The notes: generated from the letters alone by a model not told the origin. Shown: positions 38,416 to 49,049, numbered from the stretch's first letter. The stretch: 64,000 nucleotides of DNA from Thermodesulfobacteriota bacterium (GCA_964291405.2 OZ219926.1:3904001-3968000); one strand, 5' to 3'. Numbers and translations: made by a program.

Positions 38416-39753
38416 CTAGCGTCGTCCCTCAGTCAACTTGTTCACATCGTACAGACTCAGCACCTCCTCCATATCCACCTCCGGGTAGCCCATATCCAGC
38501 GCCGGAAATAACGACGCCTGGTCGGTTTTCACGTCAACGACCGTGACGCCAAGATACCGAACGAGATGTGCGCCCGTATTCATTTCCGGCAGGTGTTGGG
38601 CGTCTTCGGACCAGGAGTGCTGCATGCCCCACACCTTCCACAGCGTCCCTTCCCGGTTGAACGCCATACCGGAGACGACCCGATAGGTCTGGGCGTCCAT
38701 AAACAGGAGCTTGCTGCTGTAGGGATGATTTTCCCGCTTGGGCTTGAGCTCGACCACCATGGCCTTGCGCAGCTCCCACGGCCCGAGCGGTGCCCGGCCC
38801 GCGGGCCCGTAATAGTGCGCATAGGCGTGGGGCGAGTTCATGATGTGCAGTACATCCTTCCAGCCGTGAAAAGTCCAGTCATAATCCAGTACCCGCCCGG
38901 AGAAGCCGAAGAAGTCATCGATGGTCGTATCCGAGCCCTGGAAAGAATCGGCCTTCTCTTCCGCGGACACGCGGCGGACTTTGCGCAGGGACGGAACATA
39001 GGTCCACGCCTGGTCAGGCTGGTGCGGGTCGCTGGAACGCTGGATGAGCACCCGCAGACCGCGCATTTCATACGGGTCGGTAAAGTCGTTGATATCTTTC
39101 CACTCAAATTCCGCGGCCCCATCAACGGGTAGGGTGTAATTCTGTTCGGGCAGCATGGCGAGATGGCTGTGATACACCCGCTGATAGCGCTGCTGGAGCA
39201 CGCGCTCGACTGTGCCACCCGGTTGAATCATATCCTCGGGTATGCCCGGCAACACACCGTGCGTCCCTCCCGGTTTGATCATGATCGTGGCGAAATTGCC
39301 GACCTTGATGCCATAATGCTGCCAGCGGAAATTAAAATTCCAGCCAATCCTGAGACCCGCGGTCGGGTCTGCCGGGTCCAACTGGTCCGCGGGAAACGGT
39401 TGGCCGGCAACATAATTTTTTAGACTGCCGTCCTCGGCAAGCTGGGTCTGGCCGGTGAATTTCTCGGTTGCTTCGAGATAGTCTGTCCGCGGGGGATAAT
39501 CGCCTGGGGAGCTGATGTCGAAGGTCACTTCCGGAAACTGAAACTCTTCAAAATATCCGGGTGGCACAAAGGGCCGGATCTTGTCCATATCGCTCAGCCC
39601 CAGGGTCTCGCCGGGCGTAAACTCCGGCTGGGCGTCTTGATACTGCCGCGCCCATTCCAATACGGTCTCCCGGGTCATGCCGCTGCGCTCATCCTGCGCC
39701 CAACTCGGCCCGGCCCAGACCAGTAATCCTACGAATAGAACAATAAACGGCAT
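38416..39753 (-). CDS. DUF1329 family exported protein
   Basis: Signal peptide; NYVAGQPFP, IGWNF, AWTYVPSLRKVRR, WELRK, HPYSSK; RBS GGAGGA. Confidence 0.82.
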   Translation of the reverse strand: MPFIVLFVGLLVWAGPSWAQDERSGMTRETVLEWARQYQDAQPEFTPGETLGLSDMDKIRPFVPPGYFEEFQFPEVTFDISSPGDYPPRTDYLEATEKFTGQTQLAEDGSLKNYVAGQPFPADQLDPADPTAGLRIGWNFNFRWQHYGIKVGNFATIMIKPGGTHGVLPGIPEDMIQPGGTVERVLQQRYQRVYHSHLAMLPEQNYTLPVDGAAEFEWKDINDFTDPYEMRGLRVLIQRSSDPHQPDQAWTYVPSLRKVRRVSAEEKADSFQGSDTTIDDFFGFSGRVLDYDWTFHGWKDVLHIMNSPHAYAHYYGPAGRAPLGPWELRKAMVVELKPKRENHPYSSKLLFMDAQTYRVVSGMAFNREGTLWKVWGMQHSWSEDAQHLPEMNTGAHLVRYLGVTVVDVKTDQASLFPALDMGYPEVDMEEVLSLYDVNKLTEGRR

Positions 39754-39940
39754 TCGTCCTCCCTTACGGTCTCGCTCACGGTCCAGACTAACGGTTCTCT
39801 GCAAGACAGGCTATCCCTCCCGATTGCCGCTGGGACAAAAAAATGTCTTTGCAAAAAATACAAGCTTGGCTATGGTAACGATGGGCACCCGCCCGTACGG
39901 TTCCTCAATACTGAAGCGTAGAGAGACACAGGAGGCCAGC

Positions 39941-40507
39941 ATGAAAACGATCTCGGTGAGCCCTGAAGACATGGAAGCCCGCATTGCCCGCTTCCAAGAC
40001 TTGAAGCCCATTCCGGCTATGCAGAACGGCAAAATTCCGCTGGCAGCCCGGGACCACATCTACGCCCGTAAGCTCTTGCCCGTTATCTCCTCTAAGGGCG
40101 GAGAAGGGCCGTTTGGGCCGGCCCCGATTGCTGAAGCCGATGGCTATTCCATGACGCTGGCCGTGTGTCCACCCAACCAGGGGCCGGGACTGCACGCCCA
40201 TCACAAGACGCACGAGATTTTTACCTGCCTCAAAGGGACGTTCAAAATCCAGTGGGGTGATGACGGAGAACACGAAATTGTACTGCATCAATTTGACACG
40301 ATCTCAGTACCGCCAGGCGTGTGTCGCAGCTTCACGAATATCGGCGATGACGAAGGTTGCCTCCAAGTGCTCATTACCGGTGGCGTGCACGATATGCAGG
40401 ACATCGCTTTTCCACCCAGCGTGGCCGCGCAGATAGACCAGACCGGCCCGGGAGTGTTAGAGGAGATTAAGAAGACCGGCCTCGCGTTTAACGCAGGCCA
40501 AGAATAG
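39941..40507 (+). CDS. Cupin domain protein
   Basis: GPGLHAH..THE.F, DTISVPPGV.RSF.N; RBS AGGAGG. Confidence 0.85.
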   Translation: MKTISVSPEDMEARIARFQDLKPIPAMQNGKIPLAARDHIYARKLLPVISSKGGEGPFGPAPIAEADGYSMTLAVCPPNQGPGLHAHHKTHEIFTCLKGTFKIQWGDDGEHEIVLHQFDTISVPPGVCRSFTNIGDDEGCLQVLITGGVHDMQDIAFPPSVAAQIDQTGPGVLEEIKKTGLAFNAGQE

Positions 40508-40555
40508 AGATTCAAGAATAGCGCTGTAACCGACGCGTTTCATAAGGAGGCCAGC

Positions 40556-41038
40556 ATGAGTGTTGACGAGTTAGTCCAACGGCTCCAGGTTTTGGAAGAC
40601 ATTGAGGCCATTAAAAAAGTCAAGGCCGAATACTGCGCGCACTGTGACAACGGCTACAACCCGGACGGGATTGCCGAGCTGTTTGCCGAAGACGGGGTGT
40701 GGGACGGTGGGGTTGACGTGTTTGGCAAATACGACGGCCGGGAAGCCATTCGGAAGTTCTTCACCGGGGCGACCAGAGTCATTCCGTTTGCCGTGCACAA
40801 CGTCATGAATCCCATCATTGAAGTCGACGGCGACACGGCCACGGGGCAGTGGTATCTGTTCCAGCCCTGCACGATGACCGAGAAAGACGGGGATAAAGCC
40901 GTGTGGGGTGCGGCCAAATATAGCGACGACTATGTGCGGGTCGATGGCGAGTGGAGAATCCAGACCCTGCGCGTCAAGTTCGAGTTCTGGACACCCTTTG
41001 AAAAGGGCTGGGCGGAAAAGCGGATGATTCAGGACTAG
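40556..41038 (+). CDS. SnoaL-like/NTF2 family protein (BaiE/LinA-like)
   Basis: LEDIEAIK..KA.YC...D, LFAEDG.W, HN..NP.I.VDGD.A.G.W, Y.D.Y.R.DG.W.I. Confidence 0.85.
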   Translation: MSVDELVQRLQVLEDIEAIKKVKAEYCAHCDNGYNPDGIAELFAEDGVWDGGVDVFGKYDGREAIRKFFTGATRVIPFAVHNVMNPIIEVDGDTATGQWYLFQPCTMTEKDGDKAVWGAAKYSDDYVRVDGEWRIQTLRVKFEFWTPFEKGWAEKRMIQD

Positions 41039-41064
41039 CGGTCTCGTCCCGACAGGAGCGGCCT

Positions 41065-42249
41065 ATGCAGTTTTATAATTTTCATCTCATGCCGTGGCCC
41101 GACCTGCCCGCCGACTTTGCCGACAAGACCAAACATGAATCGGCCTGGGTGACGCTCTCGAATAAATACTACGATCCCGAAAAAGGGCATACGGTCTACA
41201 ATCAATATCTGGACCAGCTTGAGTATGCCGAAAAGCTGGGGTTCGAGGGCGTGTGCGTCAACGAGCACCATCAGAACACCTACGGCACCATGCCGTCGCC
41301 GAACATTATGGCCGCCATGCTGGCCCGCCGGACCTCGCGGATGAAGATTGCGATGGTCGGCAACGGCCTGCCGCTCCGCGATCATCCTCTCCGGGTCGCC
41401 GAAGAAGTCGCCATGCTCGATGTCGTGACCGGCGGGCGGATTATTTCCGGCTTTGTGCGCGGCATTGGGGACGAATACTTTTCCCTGGGGATCAACCCCA
41501 CGTATTCGCTGGCGCGTTTCCGCGAAGCGCACGATCTGATCATCCGCTCCTGGACCGAGACCGGCCCGTTTTACTTTGACGGCGAGCATTATCAAGTCCG
41601 CTACGTTAATGTCTGGCCGCGCCCCCTCCAGAAACCACACCCGCCGATCTGGATCCCCGGCTTCGGCAGTAAGGAAACCGTCGAGTGGTGCGCCCATCCC
41701 GACCGCAAATACCCCTATCTTGCGGTGTTCATGCCGGATGACCTGGTGAAGTGGTTCTTCGATGCCTACCGCGAGGCTGCGGATCAGTACGGTTACGAAG
41801 CCTCGCCCTATCAAATGGGTCACCTCCTGCCGGTCTACGTGGCCGAGACGGACAGCCGCGCAGAAGAAGAGGCCGAGGCTCATATCCTGTGGCTCTACCA
41901 CTACGGCCTGCGTCATAAATGGCAAATGTTTTTCCCGCCGGGCTACACGTCCGCGACGTCCATGCGGCGCATCCTGGCCCGCGCGGCCGACTTCGATTGG
42001 GAAAGCATGGATTTCAAGCAGCTCAACGAGCGCGGCTACTGTGTCGTGGGCAGCGCCAAGACCGTGCGCGAGCGTCTCGCCCACCTGGTCAAGGAACTCG
42101 GCTTCGGCCTGCTGCTTCCCCTCCTGCACGCGGGCGATATGCCGCACCATCGGGTCATCAAGAACATGGACCTGTTTGCCGCCGACGTGATGCCTGCCCT
42201 GCGCGAGGAATTCAGCGCGATGTCGCAGCGCTGGCTGGAGGCGGCATAA
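41065..42249 (+). CDS. LLM flavin-dependent oxidoreductase
   Basis: NEHHQ, MPSPN, HPLRVAEE.AMLD, GFVRG.G.EY, PRPLQKPHPPIW. Confidence 0.88.
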   Translation: MQFYNFHLMPWPDLPADFADKTKHESAWVTLSNKYYDPEKGHTVYNQYLDQLEYAEKLGFEGVCVNEHHQNTYGTMPSPNIMAAMLARRTSRMKIAMVGNGLPLRDHPLRVAEEVAMLDVVTGGRIISGFVRGIGDEYFSLGINPTYSLARFREAHDLIIRSWTETGPFYFDGEHYQVRYVNVWPRPLQKPHPPIWIPGFGSKETVEWCAHPDRKYPYLAVFMPDDLVKWFFDAYREAADQYGYEASPYQMGHLLPVYVAETDSRAEEEAEAHILWLYHYGLRHKWQMFFPPGYTSATSMRRILARAADFDWESMDFKQLNERGYCVVGSAKTVRERLAHLVKELGFGLLLPLLHAGDMPHHRVIKNMDLFAADVMPALREEFSAMSQRWLEAA

Positions 42250-42300
42250 GCACGCCGGGGAACGGCCTTCGCCCACACGACAACGGCCAAGGAGGCTCGC

Positions 42301-43563
42301 ATGGAATTCGGACTGACCGCGGACCATATTCGTATCCAGACAGTTGCCCGTCAGCTCTCCGCTGACTTTGCGACCCGTGCGGCCGAGCACGACCGGGACG
42401 GCTCTCCGCCCAAGGAGAATTATGCGGCCCTCCGAGACGCCGGCTTCTACGGCTTGGTCGTCCCCAAGGAGTACGGCGGCCAAGAGGCCGGGCTCCTCGG
42501 CTATACCATTGCCGCCGAGGAAATCGCCCAAGGCTGTGCGTCGACGGCGCTCTCGTTCAATATGCACGCCGCAACTTTGGCCTCGCTGATGCACTCGGCT
42601 CTGCCGGATGAAATAAAAAAATGGGTAGCTGAACTGGCGACCAAACAAGGCAAGCTGATTGCCGCCATTCTCTCCGAACCGAGTACCACCAGCATTGTAC
42701 CCATGACGTTTGCCTGTTCAACGCGGGCTCGCCGGGTGTCCGGGGGCTATCGGCTTTCGGGTAAGAAATCGTTCTGCTCCATGGGCGAATCGTCCGACTA
42801 TCTCTGTCTCTTTGCCCATCCCGAGGAGATTGCCAATCCACAAACGGCCCTGGTTGCGGTAGTGCCGACCGACTCGCCCGGCGTGCGCTTCGAGCATGTG
42901 TGGGACACGCTCGGCATGCGAGCGACCCGCAGCGATAATCTGATCCTCGAAGACTGCTTTGTGCCGGACGAGGCCATCCTGGGCGAACCCATTCCCAAGA
43001 TTGGTGAATGGCTGGCCACCAATGAGCCGAGTTTCAATATTCCGTATACCGCCGTCTATCTCGGCGTTGGCTTTGCGGCCTTGAGTGCGATCAAAGACAA
43101 TGTGACGCAGCGCCAGCCCAAAGGCTACGGCCAGCCCTTGGCCTATCATCCCGACATTCGGCGCCGGGTTGCCATGATGAGCGCCCAACTGGAAGCCGCC
43201 CGCTGGCTGCTGCGCTACGTGGCCTGGCTGGCCGACGAAGCCTATGAACGCCAGCGCTATACGGACCGCCCAAAGCAGTATGGCACAACAGTGGAAGGAC
43301 AGACCGCGGAGGTCCTGGCCACCTACTTCAAAGCTAAATATATTGTCGGAGAAGCCGTCACTGCCGCGACCCGCTCGGCGCTCGAAATGGGGGGCGGTCA
43401 CGCCATCTTTAAGACCTCGGCGCTGGAGCGTCTGTTTCGCGATGGCGCAACCGCGACCATGCAGCATCCGCCCAGCGATTTTTGTCTGTCGTCCTTGAGC
43501 GTCCACGAACTCCAGCTCGACCCGCAGCAGATTCAACCGCCCCTCGCTCAGATATGGGAGTAG
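42301..43563 (+). CDS. Acyl-CoA dehydrogenase-fold protein (DszC/SfnB-like oxygenase candidate)
   Basis: ASTALSFNMH, GKKSFCS, WDTLGMRATRS, LERLFRD. Confidence 0.8.
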   Translation: MEFGLTADHIRIQTVARQLSADFATRAAEHDRDGSPPKENYAALRDAGFYGLVVPKEYGGQEAGLLGYTIAAEEIAQGCASTALSFNMHAATLASLMHSALPDEIKKWVAELATKQGKLIAAILSEPSTTSIVPMTFACSTRARRVSGGYRLSGKKSFCSMGESSDYLCLFAHPEEIANPQTALVAVVPTDSPGVRFEHVWDTLGMRATRSDNLILEDCFVPDEAILGEPIPKIGEWLATNEPSFNIPYTAVYLGVGFAALSAIKDNVTQRQPKGYGQPLAYHPDIRRRVAMMSAQLEAARWLLRYVAWLADEAYERQRYTDRPKQYGTTVEGQTAEVLATYFKAKYIVGEAVTAATRSALEMGGGHAIFKTSALERLFRDGATATMQHPPSDFCLSSLSVHELQLDPQQIQPPLAQIWE

Positions 43564-43674
43564 GGCGGCTGAGCTACGCGTCTCCTGACAACCGCGTCGA
43601 TCCCGTCCGGTGCGGCAGAGGTTGAGGGTCCATTCCCTTTTCTATAGGAATGGGCCAGTACCAAGGAGAAGACA

Positions 43675-45108
43675 GTGAAAAAACGCATCTATTTCAACGC
43701 CTTTCATATGAACTGTGTGGTGCACCAATCGCCCGGCCTGTGGGTCCTGCCGGAAGATAAGATGGAGAACTACACCGACCTCAATACCTGGATTGAATTA
43801 GCCCGGTTATTGGAACGGGGGAAATTCGACGCTCTGTTCCTGGCCGATGTCGTGGGTGTGTACGATGTGTTCCGGGGTAATCGGGAGGCCGCCCTGACCC
43901 AGGCCGCGCAAACACCGGTGAACGACCCCATGCTGCTGGTCCCGGCTATGGCCGCAGCAACAGAACACCTGGGCTTCGCCTTTACCAGTTCGATCCTCCA
44001 GTACCCTCCCTTCACTTTTGCCCGGCTTATCTCGACGCTTGACCATCTTACCCAGGGCCGGGTGGCCTGGAATATCGTGACCTCGTATCTGGAAAGCGCC
44101 GGGCGCAGCTATGGCCGGTCCGGTTTGCCCGAACATGACGAACGCTACGACATGGCGGATGAGTATTGCGAGGTGTGCTACAAGCTGTGGGAATCGAGCT
44201 GGGAGGATGGCGCGGTGGTCAAAGACAAGCAGCGCGGCATCTACGCCGACCCGAGCAAGGTGTGGAACGTTGTCCACGAGGGCAAGTATTACAAAATGGA
44301 CGGCTGTCATCTGTCCGAACCGTCCCCGCAGCGCACCCCGGTGTTATACCAGGCCGGCTCCTCATCCCGTGGACAGGCCTTTGCCGCCCGCCACGCCGAG
44401 TGCGTGTTTATTGCTTCCCCGACGCTTGAGGTTGCGCGGCAGACCATCCAGGCGACTCGGAAACAGGCAGAGCAGAACGGGCGCAACCCGGAGGATATTC
44501 TTTTCTTTGCTTATCTCAAAACGGTCACCGGCGGCACAGAAGCGGAAGTCAAGCAGAAGTATGACGATTACCTGGAACACACGAGCTATGACGGATCAAT
44601 GGCCTTGTGGTGTGGCTGGGCCGGCTACGATCTCGGCCAGCTCGACCCGGACGAACCACTCGAATATGTTGAAACAAACGCTATCCGTACGCTCTGGAAC
44701 AACTTCGTCCACTTAGACCCGGAGCGTAAGTGGCGGATACGTGACCTGGCCAAATATGTCGGCCTTGGTGGTGGCGGCCCGGTGGTGGCGGGGACACCGG
44801 AACAGATCGCCGACGAATTTCAGAAATGGACCGAGGCCGGAGTCGATGGGTTCAACCTCGCCTACGCCGTGACGCCGGGAACGTTTGAAGAGTTTGTTGA
44901 CGGCGTCGTGCCGGTTCTCCAAAAACGCGGAATGATGCAAACGGAGTATCAGGACGGTACCCTGCGCGAAAAACTCTATGGGGCCGGACAAGCACGGCTG
45001 AGCCCGCCACATCCGGCGGTGCAATACCGGCGCTCCGAATCGGCTCCCGCCCAGGTCTCCTCTCAGTCTCGCCGGGACGGCTCGGCCAGCGTTGCCGTGG
45101 CGAAATAA
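43675..45108 (+). CDS. NtaA/DszA/SnaA family FMNH2-dependent monooxygenase
   Basis: FDALFLADVVG, NDP, STLDHLTQGRVAWNIVTS, HDERYD.ADE, PSPQRTPVLYQAGSS, VDGFNL, GTLREKL. Confidence 0.9.
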   Translation: MKKRIYFNAFHMNCVVHQSPGLWVLPEDKMENYTDLNTWIELARLLERGKFDALFLADVVGVYDVFRGNREAALTQAAQTPVNDPMLLVPAMAAATEHLGFAFTSSILQYPPFTFARLISTLDHLTQGRVAWNIVTSYLESAGRSYGRSGLPEHDERYDMADEYCEVCYKLWESSWEDGAVVKDKQRGIYADPSKVWNVVHEGKYYKMDGCHLSEPSPQRTPVLYQAGSSSRGQAFAARHAECVFIASPTLEVARQTIQATRKQAEQNGRNPEDILFFAYLKTVTGGTEAEVKQKYDDYLEHTSYDGSMALWCGWAGYDLGQLDPDEPLEYVETNAIRTLWNNFVHLDPERKWRIRDLAKYVGLGGGGPVVAGTPEQIADEFQKWTEAGVDGFNLAYAVTPGTFEEFVDGVVPVLQKRGMMQTEYQDGTLREKLYGAGQARLSPPHPAVQYRRSESAPAQVSSQSRRDGSASVAVAK

Positions 45109-45196
45109 ACGACGCTCAGGATCTGATAGATGTGGCCGCAGGGCGGGATGTAAGCCCTCGGGGAGAGAGCGCCGCCTGCGGAGCCGACACGAGCGT

Positions 45197-45490
45197 CTAG
45201 GCGTCCACCTTATCGAAATACTGAATCTTGGGCGGGGCGGTGACCAGGGCTTGGAGGGGAGCGAGGGTACCGGTTTCCGACCGCCACTGTAAATAGCGCT
45301 CCTGATGGGCGCGGGAGTCCCATATTTCATACAGGACCATGTTGCCTTTGGTCTCGGTGTTGTCGTAGAAATCAACACTCTGACAGCCGTCGTAAGCCCG
45401 CGTGTCGGTCAATAACTCCCTCATCACCGCCTTCATATCATCAACTGCTTCCGGTTTTACCGATAACTCGATCAAGACCATTGTGCTCAT
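45197..45490 (-). CDS. Antibiotic biosynthesis monooxygenase (ABM) family protein
   Basis: LTDTRAYDGC, E.WDSRAHQERYLQWR.ETG. Confidence 0.8.
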   Translation of the reverse strand: MSTMVLIELSVKPEAVDDMKAVMRELLTDTRAYDGCQSVDFYDNTETKGNMVLYEIWDSRAHQERYLQWRSETGTLAPLQALVTAPPKIQYFDKVDA

Positions 45491-45669
45491 ACCTTTCATC
45501 CTCCTTCGCGGGCATGAATAACCATCCGTATCCCCAACCAGATCATGACCCCCAGATGGAAGCAAGCGGTCGCCTGAACAGTATTTTCATCTCGACGAGA
45601 CGTGGTATAGGAGAGGAAGCAGAACATTCCCTCCGTAAGTGGAAAGGCCAGGGAGTTAAGGGAGACTTC

Positions 45670-46575
45670 ATGAAAATCGGTTTTATGCTGCCCGCATTTG
45701 GCGCGATGGCGACCCATGAGAATATGCTGGCCATGGCCCAGCTCGCCGAAGATCGCGGCTTCGAGTCGATCTGGGCGCCCGACCATGTCATCATGCCGAC
45801 CAAGATCGATACCCCGTACCCGTACAGCAAGTCGGGGCGTTATATTGCCGACCCCAAGGGCGCCCATCTGGAGCCGTTTACCGTGCTGTCGTTTGTGGCG
45901 GCCTGTACCCACCGGGTGCGGCTGGGGTTTACCGTGATCGTGGCACCGTACCGCCATCCGGTGGTGACCGGCAAGATGCTGGCCTCGTTGGACGTGCTGT
46001 CAAATGGCCGTTTGATTGTCGGGGTGGGCAGCGGCTGGCTGGAAGAGGAGTTCCAGGCCCTGGAGGTTCCGTTTGCCAAACGCTGGACGCGCACGGACGA
46101 GCATATCCAGATCTGGAAAGAACTCTGGACGGCCGAGGAGCCGCGCTTTGAAGGCGAGTACCACCGGTTTACGGACGTCCAGTGTCGGCCTCAGCCGCTC
46201 CAAAAGCCGCACCCGCCGATTACGATTGGCGGGCGTGGGCGAGCCGGCCTCCGCCGGGTGGTGAGCATGGCCGACGGCTGGCAGGTCGTCTCCGAGCATC
46301 CCGACGATGTGTATAGCACCGAAGGCGACTTGGCGAAGGATTTGCAGACGCTCAGGCAGATGTGTGACGAGGCGGGCCGCGACTTCTCGACCATAGAGAT
46401 TACCGCGGTGATTATCGCCGGCACGGCCGAGGGGGTTCTTAAGGACCTACCGGGTTGGGAACGCCTGGGCGTGAGCCGCTTGATCCTTGACTTTCCGTCG
46501 TTTGTGTCCGACCCTGGCGAGATGGCTGCCATCTTGGAAAAAATTGCCGCCGAGGCCGAGATGGAAGCGACCTAG
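45670..46575 (+). CDS. LLM class probable F420-dependent oxidoreductase
   Basis: FESIWAPDHVIMP....PYPY...G, RHPVVTGK.LASLDVLSNGR..VGVG.GW.EEEF. Confidence 0.88.
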   Translation: MKIGFMLPAFGAMATHENMLAMAQLAEDRGFESIWAPDHVIMPTKIDTPYPYSKSGRYIADPKGAHLEPFTVLSFVAACTHRVRLGFTVIVAPYRHPVVTGKMLASLDVLSNGRLIVGVGSGWLEEEFQALEVPFAKRWTRTDEHIQIWKELWTAEEPRFEGEYHRFTDVQCRPQPLQKPHPPITIGGRGRAGLRRVVSMADGWQVVSEHPDDVYSTEGDLAKDLQTLRQMCDEAGRDFSTIEITAVIIAGTAEGVLKDLPGWERLGVSRLILDFPSFVSDPGEMAAILEKIAAEAEMEAT

Positions 46576-46647
46576 CCGAATCCTGTCCTCTGTCTTAACC
46601 CACGCGGTCTTACGGCGGCGCGAACGTCCTAAAACCTGGGGCGAGCT

Positions 46648-47832
46648 ATGGCCAAGCGGAGTGCCGGGTACGATGTCGTCATTGTTGGTGGAGCCATTAT
46701 TGGCAGTGCCGTCGCCTACTTTCTCACTGCGGACGATGACTTTCAGGGCCGCGTGCTCATCATCGAAAAAGATCCCTCCTATCAGTATTGCTCAACCACA
46801 CGCTCTTTAGCTTCGATTCGACAGCAGTTCTCGACCCCGGTGAATATTCACCTGTCTCAGTTTGGGGTGGAGTTCCTACGAACGGCCAAAGACCGCCTGG
46901 GGGCGGATGTCGAGGTCAGCTTCAGAGAGGCGGGCTATCTGCTGCTGGCGAGTGGGCAGGGGAAAGCTATTCTTGAACGCAACGTGCGGGTCCAAACCCA
47001 GCAGGGCGCAGATGTCTGTCTGCTGGGTCCGGCCGAATTGCAGGCGCGTTTCCCGTGGCTCGCGACCTCGGACCTCGCTGCCGGTTGCCTTGGGCTATCC
47101 GGGGAAGGCTGGTTTGATGCCCACAGCCTGCTGTACGCGCTCCGCAACACGGCCGTCGCACGGGGCGCTGAGCTTCTGACCGGCGAGGTCGTTGCGCTGC
47201 ACGTTACGCGGCAGCGTCTGGAGGCCGTGCAACTCGCCGACGGACGGGTATTTTCGTGTGGCGAGCTGGTGAATGCCGCCGGTCCGGCTGCCGGGAAGAT
47301 CGCTCGTATGGCCGATATTGAGCTGCCGGTCGAAAGTCGGAAACGGTGTGTGTTCGTGTTCGATTGTCGGCAGGCCGACGTGCTGCAAGCCTGCCCCTTG
47401 GTCGTGGATGTCTCCGGCGTCTATTTTCGTCCCGAAGGCCAGTACTTCGTGTGCGGGGTGTCTCCACCGGCAGACCAGGACCCCCCGACAGAAGATTTTC
47501 GGGTGGAGTATCATCTGTTCGATGAGATCGTCTGGCCGGCCCTGGCGCACCGCGTTCCCGTTTTCCAAGCGATCAAGCAGGTCAACGCCTGGAGCGGGCA
47601 CTACGCCTATAACACGCTTGACCAGAACGCCATTGTGGGTCGGCATCCCGTACTGAAAAATTTCCTTTTTGCCAACGGTTTTTCCGGCCACGGGGTCCAA
47701 CAGGCCCCTGGCGTTGGTCGCGGTATTGCCGAGTTGATTGTGCATGGCGCATACCGGACGGTAGATATCACGCCGCTCGGGTTTGAACGTGTGGTCGCGG
47801 GGCGACCGCTGCAAGAACTCAATGTGATCTAA
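46648..47832 (+). CDS. FAD-dependent oxidoreductase (DAO/sarcosine oxidase beta-like, FOXRED1-like)
   Basis: GGAIIG, IRQQFS, EGWFD, NAAG, DQNAIVG, NGFSGHGVQQAP. Confidence 0.88.
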   Translation: MAKRSAGYDVVIVGGAIIGSAVAYFLTADDDFQGRVLIIEKDPSYQYCSTTRSLASIRQQFSTPVNIHLSQFGVEFLRTAKDRLGADVEVSFREAGYLLLASGQGKAILERNVRVQTQQGADVCLLGPAELQARFPWLATSDLAAGCLGLSGEGWFDAHSLLYALRNTAVARGAELLTGEVVALHVTRQRLEAVQLADGRVFSCGELVNAAGPAAGKIARMADIELPVESRKRCVFVFDCRQADVLQACPLVVDVSGVYFRPEGQYFVCGVSPPADQDPPTEDFRVEYHLFDEIVWPALAHRVPVFQAIKQVNAWSGHYAYNTLDQNAIVGRHPVLKNFLFANGFSGHGVQQAPGVGRGIAELIVHGAYRTVDITPLGFERVVAGRPLQELNVI

Positions 47833-47853
47833 ATATTTTTAGGAGGGTGCAGT

Positions 47854-48987
47854 ATGGCTGAGTACAAAGTTATTTCATCCGATAGTCATGTGTTCGAGCC
47901 GTCGGATTTATGGATCAGCCGGGTCGATGCTCGGTTCAGAGATCGGGCTCCGCATGTCGTTCGCCGCGAAGAAGACAATACTGATTGGTGGGTCTGCGAT
48001 GGGGTGAAAGGGGTCAGCGGAGGGTCCGGCGGCTCACAGGCCGGAAAGCGGTTCGTGCCCGAAGAGCGGGACTCGATGAGGTTTGGTGACGTTATGGAAA
48101 ACGTCCGGCCCGGAGCCTATCTCCCCGAGGAACATCTTAAAGACCTGGACCTGGATGGCATTGATGCCGACGTGCTCTACCCGACGCAGGGACTGCTGCT
48201 GTACAGCATTCCGGATGGTGAGCTCCTGACCGTCCTGTGCCGGGCCTATAACGACTGGCTGGCCGAGTTCTGCCAGCCCTTCCCGCAGCGGATCAAGGGC
48301 ATTGCCATGCTGAATGTTGACGATGTCGCGGAGAGTGTCAGGGAGTTGGAGCGCTGCGCCAAGCTGGGGCTGTGCGGTGCAATGATCACGGTCTACCCGT
48401 TGGAGGGACATAGCTATGATTCTCCCGAGTACGAGCCGCTGTGGGCCGTGGCCCAGGATTTGGGCCTCCCGCTGAGCCTGCATATTGCGACCAACCGGCC
48501 CGCTCCAAACTCGCCCCTGGTCGATCTGGAAGCGGTCAGCACCGCCTTTCTGACCAATGTCGATTACTGGGTGCGCATGTCGCTGTCGCATATTATTTTC
48601 AGTGGCGTGTTCGAGCGCTATCCGAAACTCCAAATCGGGTCGGTCGAGCAGGAGTTGGCCTGGGTGCCGCATTTCCTGGAACGGATGGACTACAATTTCA
48701 TCCAACGCCCGGCGACCGGAGGCCGGCAGAAATTCAAGGAAGATATGCTGCCGAGCGACTATTTCCGGCGGAACGTCTTCCTCAGCTTCCAGGAGGATGC
48801 CCTCGGTATCAGGGACCGCGATATCATCGGTGTGGATAATATCCTGTGGGGCTCGGACTACCCCCACCCGGAGTGTACCTTCCCCAACTCGCGCCAGGTG
48901 CTTGAGACCATCCTGGCGGACTGTAGCGAAGGGGAAAAGGCGAAAATTGTCGGGGGGAATACCGCCCGGATTTATCATTTTGATTAA
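47854..48987 (+). CDS. Amidohydrolase_2 family protein
   Basis: SSDSH, LYPT, AYNDW, SLH, SFQED, WGSDYPH. Confidence 0.88.
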   Translation: MAEYKVISSDSHVFEPSDLWISRVDARFRDRAPHVVRREEDNTDWWVCDGVKGVSGGSGGSQAGKRFVPEERDSMRFGDVMENVRPGAYLPEEHLKDLDLDGIDADVLYPTQGLLLYSIPDGELLTVLCRAYNDWLAEFCQPFPQRIKGIAMLNVDDVAESVRELERCAKLGLCGAMITVYPLEGHSYDSPEYEPLWAVAQDLGLPLSLHIATNRPAPNSPLVDLEAVSTAFLTNVDYWVRMSLSHIIFSGVFERYPKLQIGSVEQELAWVPHFLERMDYNFIQRPATGGRQKFKEDMLPSDYFRRNVFLSFQEDALGIRDRDIIGVDNILWGSDYPHPECTFPNSRQVLETILADCSEGEKAKIVGGNTARIYHFD

Positions 48988-49049
48988 AAGTGGGGTGATA
49001 AAGAGGGGGTAGGTAGGAGCGAGGAAGAGCGAAAATCGAAAGAGGGACG

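Noticed and set aside
41035-42648. 537-aa minus-strand ORF
   Set aside because: Antisense shadow of the LLM and ACAD-fold genes; no recognisable motifs; such shadows are common in GC-rich DNA
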